From Geosiphon pyriformis uo1 (taxonomy: Eukaryota > Fungi > Glomeromycota), in contig JAAOMT010000012.1 of NCBI GenBank assembly GCA_016748015.1, forward strand, positions 1 to 64,000: a stretch of 64,000 bases of DNA. The letters are read 5' to 3'. Position numbers and translations under genes: made by a program. Below are positions 11,450 to 26,300 of the stretch, piece by piece. Below the pieces are notes generated by a model that saw only the letters and a list, made by a program, of their open reading frames with translations, searched no databases and was not told the DNA's origin. Each line of letters opens with the position of its first letter. Within the stretch, counting starts at the first letter, position 1.

Positions 11450-14400
11450 TAAAAATATTAAAATAATTTAAAAGTACTTACTAATTTTGTCAAGTGTGTT
11501 TTTATTTATATGATTAATGCTAATAAAAAAATCCAAATCTGGAAAAAAAAATGCTTAAATCAAAAAATTCTTGACCATTAAATATGATAAATGAAAGTTT
11601 TACCACTTATTGAACATGTAAAAGTCTTTTTTCTGATATAATTTTACATAAAATAATAACAAAGCTATATATATTGCTATACTTAGTATAAGAACCACTC
11701 TTGTAATTTTGGGTGTAAGATACTCAAAAACATTATAAGTATTTCCAGATTGTAGAGCATCATCTGCAGGATGACAGAGACCAAAATCAGAAATAACAAT
11801 TTTTAAGGAGTTTGTTTTTAAAACAAAAATATTTCCAAGATATAAGTCTCTATATACTAGTTCTGATTCATGCATAAATTTTAGTCCACCAGCAATTTAA
11901 AAAAAAATATGAAGAAACATTTCTCAAGTTAAACAAAAATATTTTTATTTGAGATAAGCTTTGAGGTTCCTATGTTTTATAAATAGTAAAACTATAATAA
12001 ATTTATTAATTATAAGATCTTTGGTTATTCCATAACATTCAATAATGTATTTGCAGGTGGCACTTTGATGATGCACAATAAACTATACAAATATAGTCTT
12101 TAGTTTAAAAAAAAATTAGAATAATAAAAATTATATAGATTTCTTAAAAGAAAATATTTTATCTGAATTAATATGTTTTATATTTTGGCTATCTTTAAAA
12201 TATTTCAAAGCAATCTTTGTAATTCCAATTCATTCATACTTTTGAATATTCTTGTTCCAAAATAGAATTTTACTATTCTCTTATCTATTTTCTTTGATAA
12301 TACCAAATTTTCCCTCTTCTACTTAATTAAAAAATTCGATCTTGTCAGAAGAAATCTATTCCAAACAGTCTCTGCAGTTTTCAAAAATACTCTGTATAAA
12401 TAATATATATTGATCAATATTATCATTTTTACTATCCCATATTCCCCAAATCTTTGAAAATTATAATAATTCAAAAAAGTGGATCTTTTAATATGTTATT
12501 ACATTCTGAATATTTTGGCAAACCTGTTTCAAAAACATTATTATTACTATTATCAGTATCACAAAATGGACATATAAAAAATTTATTAATAATTATACCC
12601 AAATTGCCACATTTAAAACACTTGAATTCATCTAAAAACTGGTTAAAGAAAGCTTCAAAATCTAAAAATTCTCTGTTGAAATTATCAAGATGTTTAAACC
12701 CTCAATTTTGGAATTGTAAAATAATATATTCAAAATTGTCTTGGTCTTCTAAAATAAGTTTATAGACATTAATATTAGTAATATTATTTTAATAACATAA
12801 ATTATTTACTCTTACTGCTTTTATATAAAGTTTAAATGCTTTTTGTAGGTTTTTTGTGATTTCTTATCTTTTTTGATAATATTATTCAAGGTTATATTAT
12901 GTATTTTGATTTCCTGTTTCTGTAGTTTTTAAATAAAATTAAAATATTTTTTCATGATTTTTTACTATTTCTCATTATTTCAATAATATATTTTAATATT
13001 AGTTTGTGGATTTGGATTTTTTACTTTTTTTAGATCTTTTGTTGTTTCTAATCGATTTTAATAATATGTTTTAAGAGTATATTGTGCTTTAAATGTTCTA
13101 CCTCTGCAGTCTTTGAATAGAGTTCAAATGCTTTTTCCTCATTTTTTGTCGTTTTTTATTCATTAGCATAACAAACTGCCAGATTATATTGTGCATTTTA
13201 AATGTTTTGTCTCTGCAGCTTTTAAATAGAGCTTAAATGCTTTTTTCTCGTTTTTTGTCATTTTTTTTCCATTTTCATAACAAATTACATGATTGTATTA
13301 TGTATTTAAATGTTCTGCTTTTGCAGTCTTTAAATAAAGCTCAAATGCTTTTTTTTTGTTTTTTATCATTTCTTCTTCATTTTTATAACAAATTACAAAA
13401 TTGTATTGTGCATTTAAATGTTTTGTCTCTACAACTTTTGAATAAAGTTCAAATCCTTTTTCCTCATTTTTTGTTATTTCTTTTCTATTAGCATAACAAA
13501 ATACAAGAATGTATTATGCATTTAAATGTCCTACCTCTGCAACTTTTGAATAGAGCTCAAATGCTTTTTTCTTATTTTTTATTATTCTATTTCTATTAGC
13601 ATAACAAAGTACAAGAGCATATTGTGCATTTAAATGTCCTGTCTCTACAACTTTTGAATAAAATTTGAATGCTTTTTTCTTTTTTTTTGTCATTCCTTCT
13701 ACTTTATCATAACAAAGTACAAGAGTGTATTATGTATCTAAATTTTTTGCCTCTATTGCTTTTAAATAAAATTTGAATGCTTTATTTGAATTTTTTGTCA
13801 TTTTTTCTCTATTAGCATAACAAATTACAAGAGTGTATTGTGTATCTAAATGTTTCATCTTTGCTGCTTTTGAATAAAGTTCAAATGTTTTTTTTGAAGT
13901 TTTTATCATCCCTTCTCCTTTATCATAACAAAATGCAAAACTGTATTATGTATCTAAATATCCTGCTTCTGCAGTTTTTGAATTGAATTGAAATGCTTTT
14001 TTCTCATTTTTTGTTATTCTTTTTTTATTTTAATAACAAATTACAAAACTGTATTATGTATTTAAATGTCTTATCTCTACAACTTTTGAATAGAGCTTAA
14101 ATGCTTTTTTCTTATTTTTTGTTGTTTCTTCCCCATTAGCATAGCAAATTGCAAGAGTGTATTGTGTATTTAAATGTCCTATCTTTGCTGCTTTTGAATA
14201 AAGTTCAAATGCTTTTTTTTGATCTTTTGAAGTACCAATTCTATTATTATGACAATAATCTAAGAAAAATTGTCCAAAGAAATTTTCTGCATTTGCTGCT
14301 TTCTAAAATTTTAAAAATGCTTTTGTCAAATTAGAAATAGTTTCAATTTCATGTTCTAAACAAAAGCCAAGCAAGATATTGTCTATTGAATGCTTTAGAT

Positions 14401-15500
14401 TTTTATTATTTAAGCAATTGAATAAGTCTTTAAGAGTTTTTTGATTGTGCACAAAATGAATTTTAACTAAGTCAACAACTTTTAAATATTCACTAACTAG
14501 AAAAATGGGCAAACTTTTATTGATAACTATGAATATTCTTTCAAACCAGTCAAGGAATAAAGTTGGGTTTTTAATTGATGATTTTGAAGACATGATTTTC
14601 AAGCAACATAAATAGATTATCAAATCTTAAATGTTTTGTATGGATAAAAAAGGATTTTCAAGACTAATAAATAAGAATTTCAAATTTTCGAAAAGGCTAA
14701 ATCAGAAATTTTAGAAAGTTCTGAAAATAAATCTTACTTTATTCCTTTATTTACATGGTTTAAACATCTGGAACTCAAATAACTGCAAAGACTAACAATA
14801 GTTGTCATTGTCTTATTGCTATTTTTAAATAAAAACTTATAGTTTGCTGGTTTTAATAGCTCATAAATTTCTTAAACACATAATCTAGTTCTAAGGTTGT
14901 GATGGTTTTTGTTCACTCTAGTCACTTTTACAATTTCAGTGATAGCTTTAATAACAGATTTAATATAATTTTCTTAGCTTTTGCTTGCATAAAATTTATC
15001 TTGGATTTCAGCGAGTTAATAATTCAGATATCTACTTTATGACTTTTGTCAATAAATCATTATAAAAAAAGCTAAACCTCAATATTTACTTTGATATTGT
15101 TAAAACTTTAAACTTTTATCTGTTTTAACCATCTTTTACTTGACAAATATATTATACAAATCTACTTAAAAAAGTTATATCTTTTAGAACTCAGTATAAA
15201 ATTTGATGTATTTTGGCATTACTTTATTAAATAAAAAATAATTTGGCTTTAATAAAACAATTAGTAAGATTTACTCAAAGAAAAAAATTTAAGTATATTG
15301 AAATTTAAAATATAATTTCTTCAAATGTAAGTTTTGGAAATGGATAAAGTTTAAGAATAATTCATTTTGCTACTTTTTCTGTGAGCTCTTGTCTTTTAAG
15401 TCAAAGTATTTTAAATAAAAATTGTTTAGCAAGACCAAAATATATTAAAGAAGTTTTGTAAAGTTATAAAAAATACTAGTGTTTCTTTTTAATTAATATA
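11450..15500 (-). pseudogene. Decayed (pseudo)kinase - SEL1 array - kinase gene
   Basis: ORF 11600-11875 carries HRD/DFG-derived motifs (VYRDLYLGNI, ISDFGLC). Gly-loop and ALK relics lie at ~12200-12330, the SEL1 array at 12790-14350, and an upstream FGLAKQ relic at ~15420-15440. Confidence 0.8.
12790..14350 (-). repeat. 108-bp SEL1-repeat coding array, ~11 homogeneous + ~3 divergent units
   Basis: Period of 108 bp (tttaaatgt-type anchor at 13089, 13198, 13306 ... 14169). Consensus translates as [36 protein letters not shown]. Confidence 0.9.
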
Positions 15501-15589
15501 ATATTTAATGAAGTCGAATCAATTAGTTAGAATAGACTTTTTATAAATTAATTATAATTCGAAATCTACTAGCAAACTTTATTAACTTT

Positions 15590-17580
15590 AAAAAATACCT
15601 ATCTAATTAAGTTTTTAATATATATATATTGTATGGCTGTAACTAAGTCTGTTAGAGCATGAGAGCAAACTTTCTTAATTAAGTTATTTTTCAATCCTGC
15701 AATAAACTGATTCAAAATTTGAACATTGGAGTAATAGTCATTGGCTTTCAATTATTGAATTCATTTGAGAAGTTTGTTGAATTTCCCAAAATAAGTCTTA
15801 ACAGTTTTAGATGATTTTTGTTTAATATAGTAAAAGTAATTTTAAAGAGTAATAAAGATATTGTTGTTAGTAAATTGCTCCAAGAAAGCATCTTTAAATG
15901 CTTGGCAGCCTTCAAAAGATTCAGTCAGATTTTCAAACTATTCTCTTGCTGTTTTTTGGAGAAAGTATGAGATTGCTTTTATCATTTTTGTTGTATTTTA
16001 TTTGTTTATATCTTCTGCTTTCTAGATTTTGTCAAGCTATTCTTGTGGACCAGTGTTAGTATTTTTTTTCTGTAAATTCAGTGATTTTTACAATGTATAT
16101 AGTTGCCATTTCTTCTTTGTTTTTAATAGTTTCTTCTTGTTTTGATTTGGTATTTTTATTTTTTAAGTTTTCTAAGTAATTATTTTGGTTTTCTTCTAAG
16201 TAATTAAGAAGATTGGTGCTGGTTGATATTGGTTCTTGCTGTTAAATAGGACTTTTAGGTAACTGAAAATCTTCTAGTCTTAAAAACTAGATAAGTGGTA
16301 AGTTAGGAGTTTGTGGTTAAACAAATAAAATTGAAAATGATGTAATAAAAAGTGATAATTTGGCATTGGTTCTTTGTTTGAGTGTTTGCAAGTGTTTGGC
16401 AGTTGTTTTTAGTGTGTTGTAAGTTGTATGACTAACTTAAAATGTTTTTTTTTTCTGTTTTCTACTGTTGCTATTTTCTGGTTTTGATTTAAAGTCAAGA
16501 AAATATTTGAACTGTACTGGATATTTTTTTTTACAATACTGAATAATATTATAGTTGAGTTTATGAAAATAGATGTCAAGTGTTTACTGTTAAGGTCTTC
16601 AGTTTTTAAATTAAAATAATGTAATAGATTTTCATAGATGTGGCTTCTAACTTCTGAAATGGTTTTGTTTCCAAAAAAATAATTTTTGATGTCATTTTTA
16701 ATGTATTAGTATAATGTTTTCTTGAAAATTTGAATTTCGTTTTGGATATTAAATCTTTGCTTGCAATAAATGTAAATTGACTGATAATATTCTAGAGTTA
16801 TTGTGTCTGATGTAATCACTACTTTAAAGTTATTACTGCTGTATTATTTCTGTAAAAGAGCACCAAATATTACTAAAAGTTTTTTGTCTTTTTTTTTAAA
16901 TGTTGTTAATGCTTATTGACTGTAAATTCACATTTTTTGTAAGTAATTGAACCTTTAATAACTGAATTTATCATCAAATTATCTCCTATAATTTGAACTG
17001 TTGGGCTTATAAATGAAATGGTTAATTCTATACTAGTTATTTTATGTAGTTATATTGTAGTAAATGTTAATTTTTTTCTAGAAATTGCTTGTCTAGAAGC
17101 TCATTAAAAATATGTAGTTACTTTGCTGTAAAAATCAACTTTTTTACAGAAATCTCATCTGTAGGTTATCCTAATGATAATAATAAAAAAAATAAAATGT
17201 TGTCAAGGAAAACGTTTTCTATCTAGACCTAAAGTTACTAACAGATTATTGAAATTGGTAGTTAATCAATTTTAAAATGTTAATTGAATTTTGTGAATTT
17301 CAAGTATAATAATTAAGGATTTGGTTTTTGAATATTTAATTTTTATTTGATTTTGTAAATATGTATAAAAAATGATTTGTTTTAATTAAGATATTTAAAA
17401 TAAAATACATTTTCTTGAAAAAAAAAGCTTTTCTTTTATACAATTTGCTGTAGTACTAGTTTTTAAACTTCCACTTTTTTTTTGCTATAATTTTGGCAAA
17501 CTACAAGTTATTTCTACAAATTATTAATTATTTCAGCCAATTTTTACTAATTTTGGCAAATTTTTGAATATTAAATGATT
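15590..17580 (-). mobile_element. Truncated Ty3/gypsy element, family B: 5' LTR (~16868-17580), PBS, decayed gag
   Basis: Minus-strand gag relic MATIYIVKITEFT...GPQE*LDKI...AISYFLQ (16110-15955). PBS tggtgctctt lies at ~16856-16865. The LTR is similar to 43790-44527 and, inverted, to 27500-28260. Confidence 0.7.
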
Positions 17581-17599
17581 CAAGATATTGTGTAATTTA

Positions 17600-20238
17600 A
17601 TCATTTTAATTTTTATGATACAAATCGGATTATTAATTGAATAATAATATTTGATAATTTGATTAACTAATAAGTGATAATTAAAATAATAATAATATAT
17701 ATTTATTAATGCTAGAAATTAGAAGAATAATTTTATGCTAATTAATTAGTTATTTAACTTTGTTTTACAATCTATTTTTAAGTGTTCTTGTTTACTATAG
17801 TAATAACAGATACATGTTTTTTGTTACCATGACTAATATAATAATAATAGATATAATTAACTGAAATCATAATTATAGTTTTTTAGATTATTATGATGTT
17901 GAAAAAACTGATAAATTGTTTAATTATAAGTTAAATATTCCTTAATCTTTTGGTTAATTGTTTGTCTAAATTGTTTTAATTTGGTATTTAACTCAAATGA
18001 TTTGTTTATTACTAGATTTGCAGTTTGGATGTAATTGGCTTTAAATTTAACTAACTTAAAATTTTTGGTATAAGTAACTGTGCTTTAAAGTGTGTTTAAA
18101 TATAATAAGTATATTTGTTATAACAAATTACTGTATAATCTATAAATAAATTGATTCAAGATCTGTAATATTGTAAAATAGTCAGCATTAACTGCTTGAA
18201 TTTGGCATAAATTTTTGAAGAAATGTCCTAAATAAGTGATAATTGCTTTGTTATTACTTTGCTTAATTGTAGTAAAACCAATAATAACCAATTAATACTG
18301 TTGTAATTACTGAAATATTGTAGAAACACGACTTGGAATGTGTTAAAAGTTTGTGGTTTGTTAACTAGACTCTAATATCACAAATTAGTAATATCTTGTA
18401 AAAAGTAGAGAATTATTTAAATAGCTTTAGTATTATTTTATTCATTGACTGCAATAGTTTTTACCATATCATTTAATTATGCTTAAGTATTATTTTCTTT
18501 TTTGGTAAATTTTTTAAGTTTAACAATTGGTACATATACTATTTGTTCTAAAAATAAGTTAATTGGTGGTTAATGAAGATAGTTATTAGTATAATAGAAG
18601 AATTAATTTGGATAACTAAAAGTAAATTGTTGTTAAAAATAGGAGTAAAGTTTGAATATTTTGGGTTTTGCTGAGTTTGAACTTCTGAATTATTTGGAAT
18701 TGGGTTTTGATTATTGTTTTTTTGATTGTTGTTTTCTTTTTCTTTTGATTCAGTTTTTGTTCAATTACTGATAAATTCGAAATTTGATTGAAATGGCAAT
18801 GTTAAAAGTTTTAATAAAGTTGTTAGTTATAACAATTTTTTCAAAAAATTTAAATTATAAGTTTTTAATAATTTAGTTTTTTTTAATTAATTTAAAATAA
18901 TATTCATGCTAATGGTATTTTTGATGTAGATATAATTGTTGATATTATCTAAATAATGTTTTTGGGTCTATAATAATATAATAAATAGATGAGTAAAATA
19001 ACTCTTGGTTTTTTTCAAGTAAGCAGTTGTATTTTTTTGGTGTTTTTGCTAGAATTTATAACTTTTTTTTTTGTTTACAAAGATAATAAGAAATTTAGTT
19101 GAGTGTGTTTTCAATTTCTCAATTTATTTCTATGATTAATGTAGTAAACAGATAATTTTGTAGAAGTATAGTACTTTAAAGTAATTTACTGTAGAAATTT
19201 TTGAAAGTGGTTTCTGAATTTTTTTGGTTTTTTAAGTAGAATATAATTTTTTATTGACATAAAAATTGAAAGCTAATTTTGCTGACCAATAATTACTTGT
19301 CAATTCAAAGTGAGTTTGATAATATTAAAATAAAGTCTTTGTAAATCTCAAGTGATTTGTCTTTATTATTTCTAATTTTGTCACTATTCTGAATAATAGA
19401 TATTGGTACTAGTTTTCTGTTAGATTATATCTTATAAAAAGCTCCAAATATTATAAATAATTATTTGAAGTGTTAAAACAAATAACAAATTTGTAATTTG
19501 ATGTTTAATAGTTATTTTTAATGATAATTTTTGAAGGTTTTGGTATTTAAAAATTTTGGTTAAGTTTTTTGTATAATAAACAAAGATTCAAGTAATGGTT
19601 TTTTCTCAATTTCTGTTTTTAGCATGATAATTTGTTTAATTTGGCAGTTATGTTTTTTTAGTAAGTTATTCTTAAGTTTTCTATTTTTGTTTTATGAGTT
19701 TTTTACCAGACTATTTTTGATATCAATTATTCAGTACTTAATTTTTTAATCAATTAGTAAATAACAAAACCAAATAAAAAAAATAAAAAATTAATATCTT
19801 GTCAATAGCCATGATCAAGAGTTATTGGTCTAGTATAGTTAAGTATTAAATTTTATTAACATGAATTTTTAATAGTATGAAAGTAATTAATATTCTTTAA
19901 TTAAGCAATAATAATATAAATTGAATAGTAATAGATATTTTTATTGATATAAATATAATTTTATTTTAAATTATAAAAAACTATCTTTTAAAAAAAAATA
20001 TTTGTTAACTATTAATTAGTTATTACTGTTCTGTTTTTTTTGCTTTTAATACTTTTGCTATATATATATAATTCATATTATATAAAATTTTACACATTTC
20101 TACTTTTTTTTGTGCTACTTTTTAGAAATATGCTTATTTTTAAAAATGTGTTTATTTATTAATTACAATTTTCTTATTGGCTTATTTTTTTATAATCTGT
20201 TTTTTCTATCTTTTCTTGTATTTTTTTTATAATTAATA
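17600..20238 (-). mobile_element. Truncated Ty3/gypsy element, family A (E3): 5' LTR 19449-20238, PBS, decayed gag
   Basis: Reverse complement matches the LTR, PBS and gag of the 52768+ element (e.g. FTTIKQ, LGHFFKNLCQIQAVNADYFT at ~18170-18280). Confidence 0.8.
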
Positions 20239-23200
20239 ATAATTAGCATGCAAAATAAAAAATAAATTTATTACTATTCAATTATACAGTACATTATAAA
20301 AAAAAATAAAGATGCCAATAACTTGTCACAAATAAAACATTTCATTTCAAAAATATATCAAAAAATAAATACATAAAAATATTAACAATTCTAATATTAT
20401 ATTAATACTTAATAGTTCAAGAAAAAATTATTTTAAAAAAAACAAAACAATATAAAACAACAATTAAAATACTTTATTACTTACCAAAATATATTATATT
20501 GAAAAAACAGAAAAGATCTAAACCAGCCACTCAAAATAATCACAAAACCAAAGAAAAAACAATACTATTTAATATGTACTTAGATCCAATAGCAAAATAT
20601 TTTTATAAAAAAGCAAACATAAAAAACTCTAAAAAAATACTATTAGCTATTAATATATCTAAATATTATTCAATATGTTTAAAATTGTAATGTTTATTAA
20701 AAAAAAAGAGAAACAAAATCCAATAAATCATTAAAACCAATCAAAATGAGACAACTATTTGATCAGATTAGAATTAACTTAATAAAACTATTAATAATAG
20801 TTAGCAAAAGTAATTAATATATAGCAGTAGTTATTCATTATCTCACAAAATAGCCAAAAGCTAAAACCATTTAAAAAGCAGATTCAAAATTTGTAGCTAA
20901 ATTTATATATCAAGATTTGATTTATTAACATAAATGTTTAAAAAAATTGTTATTAGATTAAAAACCTTATTTTGTAAACAAAACATTAATAAAATTAAGT
21001 CAAAAATTTGGAATTAAAAGACTGTTATTATTTTTATATTATCTATAAACAAATAACTTAGTCAAAAAATTTAATAGAACATTATACAAAACAATAGCTA
21101 AAATCAGCCAAAAAAACTAAAACAAATAAGATTTGTTTATATTATCAGTATTATTTGCTTATTGAATAATAAAATAAGATATTATATAAATAATATTATT
21201 TAAACTAGTATATAAAAGAACAGCAATATTATCAGTTGAAATAGATATCAATACATATTTAATAAAACCAATAACAGAAGTCAAGATTTAAAAAACATTG
21301 CTGAAAAAAACATATAACTTAATGAAACTCTAGAAAACAAAAGACAAAAAATAGTTAATAATATACAAAAATCTTAAAAAACAAAAAAAATGACATAACA
21401 ACCAATTACCAAATAAACTGGTCAAATTTAAAATTGAAAACAAAGTATTTTTACATTATATCAAAACAAAAAAACAATAGAATAAAAAGTTTAATTCTAA
21501 ATAAGATAATTCATTTAATATCAAAAAAATTCTAAAAAATAGAGCTTATAAATTAAAATAGAATAACAAAATTTTAATTAAAGCAGCACATAATAATTGA
21601 CTGAAACTATATTACATTATAGTAGTATTATATACCAATAATATTCTACAATTGAGAGTACAAAAAATACTAGTTAAACCAGATAAGATTTTACAAGATT
21701 TAGAATTAATTATAATTATTAAAAAAAATGCAGAAAAGTAGATCAAGTTAATAGTATATAAAAACTCAGTATATGTGACAAAAACAACAATAAAAGATAA
21801 AAATTCCAAACCACATTCACAATAACCCAACAATTATTTCAAATTATAAATTAACAACAATTGGACATAAAAATAATTATTAATTTCAAATAATTTGTTA
21901 TAAAACACAAAGAGAAAAAAAAAGCAAAAATTATTTTATATTAACAACCACAAAACTAAACAAAGCATTTATCAAATAAAATTATAGAAAAAGTAAAAAA
22001 CACTTTTAGAAAAATACTAATTACTATTTCAATTAAAAAATTAATTAAATAAAATTGAAAGTTATAGATGAAACAACTTCTAATAACATATTGCAACTAT
22101 CAGTTAAAACAAAAGCTAAATATTTAGAAATTATATATTAACAAATTCAAAAAAATGTTTAATCAAAAAATAGTACAACAAATTAAAAACTTTATAAAAA
22201 AAAACAAATTCTATACTATACATCAAAACAATTTATTAATTACATACTATATTTTAAGATTATTCAGAAATACTACTATTTTTAGACATAAAAATAATAA
22301 CTATTAATCAGTGGAAAAAAAATAACCAACTCTTAATTCAAAGACATAAGAACCAGAATTGAACAAATAATATTAGATAAAAAAGTAATAAACTTAATTC
22401 AAAATAAAAATTTCAACAGAATTCAATACTAAAAAAAAATATTATTATTCATAGAAAAAAAGTACAAAAAAAAAATAAAAAACAGATTATAAAATAGACT
22501 AATAAGAAAATAGTATTTAACAAGTAAGTATATTTTTAGGAAATTATAATATATTTTTAAAAAATTACAACATATTTTCAAAAATAAGTACATTTCCAAA
22601 AAGAAATGTAAAAAAAAGTAAAAATATATAGAATTTTATATAATACAAATTATGTATATATAGTAAAAGTATTAAAAACAAAAAAAAACAAAACAATAAC
22701 AAATAATTACTAATTAGCAAATACTTTTTTCTTCAAAAAATAGTTTTTTATAATTTAAAGTAAAATTATATCCATATTAATAAAATATTAATTAATCTAT
22801 TTTTTATAAAAATAACTTTGCTAATTTCTTTTTTGGCTAATATTTTGTTTATTTTATTATCATCTAATTTATATTATTATTGCTTAATTAAAAAATATTA
22901 ATTATATTTATATTATCAACAATCTATGTTAATAAAATCCAATACTTAACTACATTAAACTAATAGCTTTTGATCATAACTATTAACAAAATATTAATTT
23001 TTTATTTTTATTTTTTTGTTATTTATTAATTAATTAAGAGATTAAGTATTGAGTAATTAACATAAAGAATAGCTTGATAAAAAACCCATAAAACAAAAAT
23101 AGAAAACTTAAAAATAATTTATTAAAAAAGCATAACTGTCAGATTAAATCAGTCACTATACTAAAAAAAAAATTACAAAAGAAACAACCAGTTTGAATTT

Positions 23201-23335
23201 CTGTTTATTATACAAAAAATTTAACCAAAACTTTTAGATTACAAAATCTTCAGAAATTATCATTATCAATAACTATTGAATACTAAATTACAGATTTGTT
23301 ATTTATTTCAACATTCTAAATAATCACCTGTAACA
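20239..23335 (+). mobile_element. 3' part of Ty3/gypsy family A element (E4): RNase H end, integrase, extra ORF, PPT, 3' LTR (~22444-23335)
   Basis: Colinear with 62610-64000 and with the reverse complement of 45451-48570. LTR ends ...taatcacctgtaaca at 23335. Confidence 0.8.
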
Positions 23336-26300
23336 GTATGTATAATAAGTATAATATTTTAAAAAAAGATAATTTTTTGGTTTTGGCAGGTATTTTAATT
23401 TAGTAAATTAATTACATCTGCAAAAATGCTTATTAAAAATTAAAATGTGTTTAAAGTTTATTAAATTTTTTAATTATATTTATAATAGCTATATTAACAA
23501 AATTATAACAAATTTTGGCTTAATTAGTAAGTATACAGTTTATAATAATCTAAATTAAAGTAAAATGTTTTTTTTTTATATAAAGAATTTTTTATAATCT
23601 ATTTTTTTATAAAGTCTGGTAACATAATTTTTTTTTAGTTATAAAATTGACTTTAAATATATAATTAAGACCAATAAAGTTGAATTTGATATAGAATTAA
23701 TATTATTTTTAATAGTATATGTTTTTATTAATAATACAATTTGAATTAAACACAGTTATTTAGCTATGCAAAATATTTTAAATATTATTGATAAGTTTTT
23801 TAATATTAATAATATAGCTATTAATTCAAATAAAACTGTTACTATATCTATTAATATGAAAACTTTAAAAGTTAATTTGATTATAAATAATTTCACTATA
23901 TTAATTATTAAATTTAATAAGCCTTATAAATATCTAAAAATTTATATATTATTAAAAAATCTTTTAATATTTAACTTTAAAAAAACCAGTTTTAATGTAA
24001 AATTTTTTTTAGTAATTGTTTAATAAAAAACTATTTTAAATAACCAATTTACATATTTGGTTTCTGCTGTTTTATATCTTATTTTGTGCTATAAAATACA
24101 ATTTAGTTTTGTTAATAAATATTTATATACAAAATAAAACCTGATTATTAAGCATAATTTAAAGTTTAATACTGATTTGCCAAAAATTTTTTCAAGTAAT
24201 ATAATGTATTATCTCTTATTTTACAATCTAAAGTCTTTTAACTAAGCTTAAATTAAAAATAAAATTGCTTTTATTGCTAATTTTGCGAATATTAATAGTA
24301 TTCTAAAATAGTTTTTAAATATAAAATTATAGATTTACAAGTTATTGTTTTTAAGTGATATTATAATTTTTCTGTTTTAAATATTATAAAGATTATTAAG
24401 TATTCTAAAATTGTTAAATTTTTGAAGTATTTTGAAATAATATTAGCTAAACAATTTTTGAACAGTTTAAAAAAGTGCTTTTTTTAGAAAAATTTTAAGA
24501 GTTTTGATTTTTTTGATGTTTAAATTTGTACTTTTAGAGAGTTTTATAAATTTTAATTTATTTTTTCAAGTTTTTATTAAGTTAAATATATTAAATATGT
24601 TAGATTTTTTTTGATATTAAATCTATTTTAAAAAATAATAATTCAAATATTTTATCAATCTTTACAGATAATTTTATTAATAATTTTAGTTTATATTTTG
24701 TTGCTGTTAATACAACAACATATTTTTTTAGTTTAAATTTAGGTATAAATACACAAGTAAATAGTCTGTTCTTTTTAGTTTTAACTGAATTATTAGTTTT
24801 TATTTTGTTTTTTAAGTGTGTATTTTTTTTCTTATATTAAGATTTTTTTAGATAGCCAAGTTACTATTGATGCTTATTATTTTGAATTGTATTTGTTGAA
24901 ACTTGATTTTTAAAATTTTTATTAAATAAAATGTTATTATGTAATTAATATTATTCATAATAAAAGTTTGTTTATTAAATAAATAAAAATAAAAAAATAT
25001 TTAAAAATTGTAAACAATAAACATACCAATGTTTTAGCAGATTTTACAATCTATTCTGGTTTAATACTTTTTACTAATGTGTTTGAAAACTATATAATAA
25101 CTGGTAAAAAAGCTGTTTTAAATAATATTGTTTGAAAAATTTTATAAAAAATGAGTTTTAGTGCCTAATATAATGAGTTTTTTGTATGTTAATAATATTA
25201 ATTAAGAAGCAATAGTCTTAATATGGTATTTTAACTCATATATAGCAACTAGTTTTACTAAAAAATTCATAACAAGTTTGTATATCTATATTATAAAGAC
25301 TTTATATTATAAACTGTTAATAATTATTAAAAAAAACTTTATAATAAACATTATTATAGTGTTTTTTATGTACATTATAATAAAATTAAATTTTTTAATT
25401 ATAGTTTTGTCTATTAAGAAAACCAAATAATATAATATAATTTTTTAATTGCATATTTAATTTTATGATACTTTTTGTCTAATATTAATTTGTTTTCTTT
25501 TATTATTCTTTAAAACTTAATTTAAATGTTTTTAATATGAATTTGTATATAGTTTTATGTAAAAGTTTTGTGTTCAAATTATAAATCGCTAAAGTCAAAA
25601 TGGCTTTTAAATATATTAAACTGGCTTTTTTTTTTTTTTTATTACAAGTTTTACGAGTGAAGCCCAACTGCTATTTAATATATAGAACTAAATTAAGTGA
25701 AACCAACTAAATGCAGCTTACACACAGACTACATGTGGCCAGCCACTCAAGCCAGACAAAGCAACACTTATGGAAACAAAAACATCACTACCTAAACCAG
25801 AGAAAAAATGACACAATTTGTGTCTATCAAACTTAACAGCAAAAGATTCAATAACACCAAACATACAGACAACACCAGCCAACAAAGTAAAAACTACACT
25901 ACTGGACAAGCCAGAAATCACACCATTATCTCCAACCAAATCAGTCTTTTCCATTTCCGCTCTATGCTTGGTTCTAACAGTCCATATTCAAGTGCATTGC
26001 AACTCTACTACAAACTTGATAAATTCTACTAAGGTCTGAGTAGCTTTTTTTCTTCCCTCAAAAATTGAAACAGCTTTGGCATACCAATCTCTTATTACAA
26101 AACCCTTGCACATTGCTGTATAAAAACCCACATCTGAAAAACATAACAAGAGCAAAAGCAAAATAGCAGATGAAAACAAACTCGAAAAACCAGACATCGA
26201 CATCTATTTTTCAGCAACTTCAACCAAAATGTCTCCATGGAGACCAGAGTTATCAAAACAAGCAAAAACATGATCAGAGAACTCTACCTTATCACACAGC

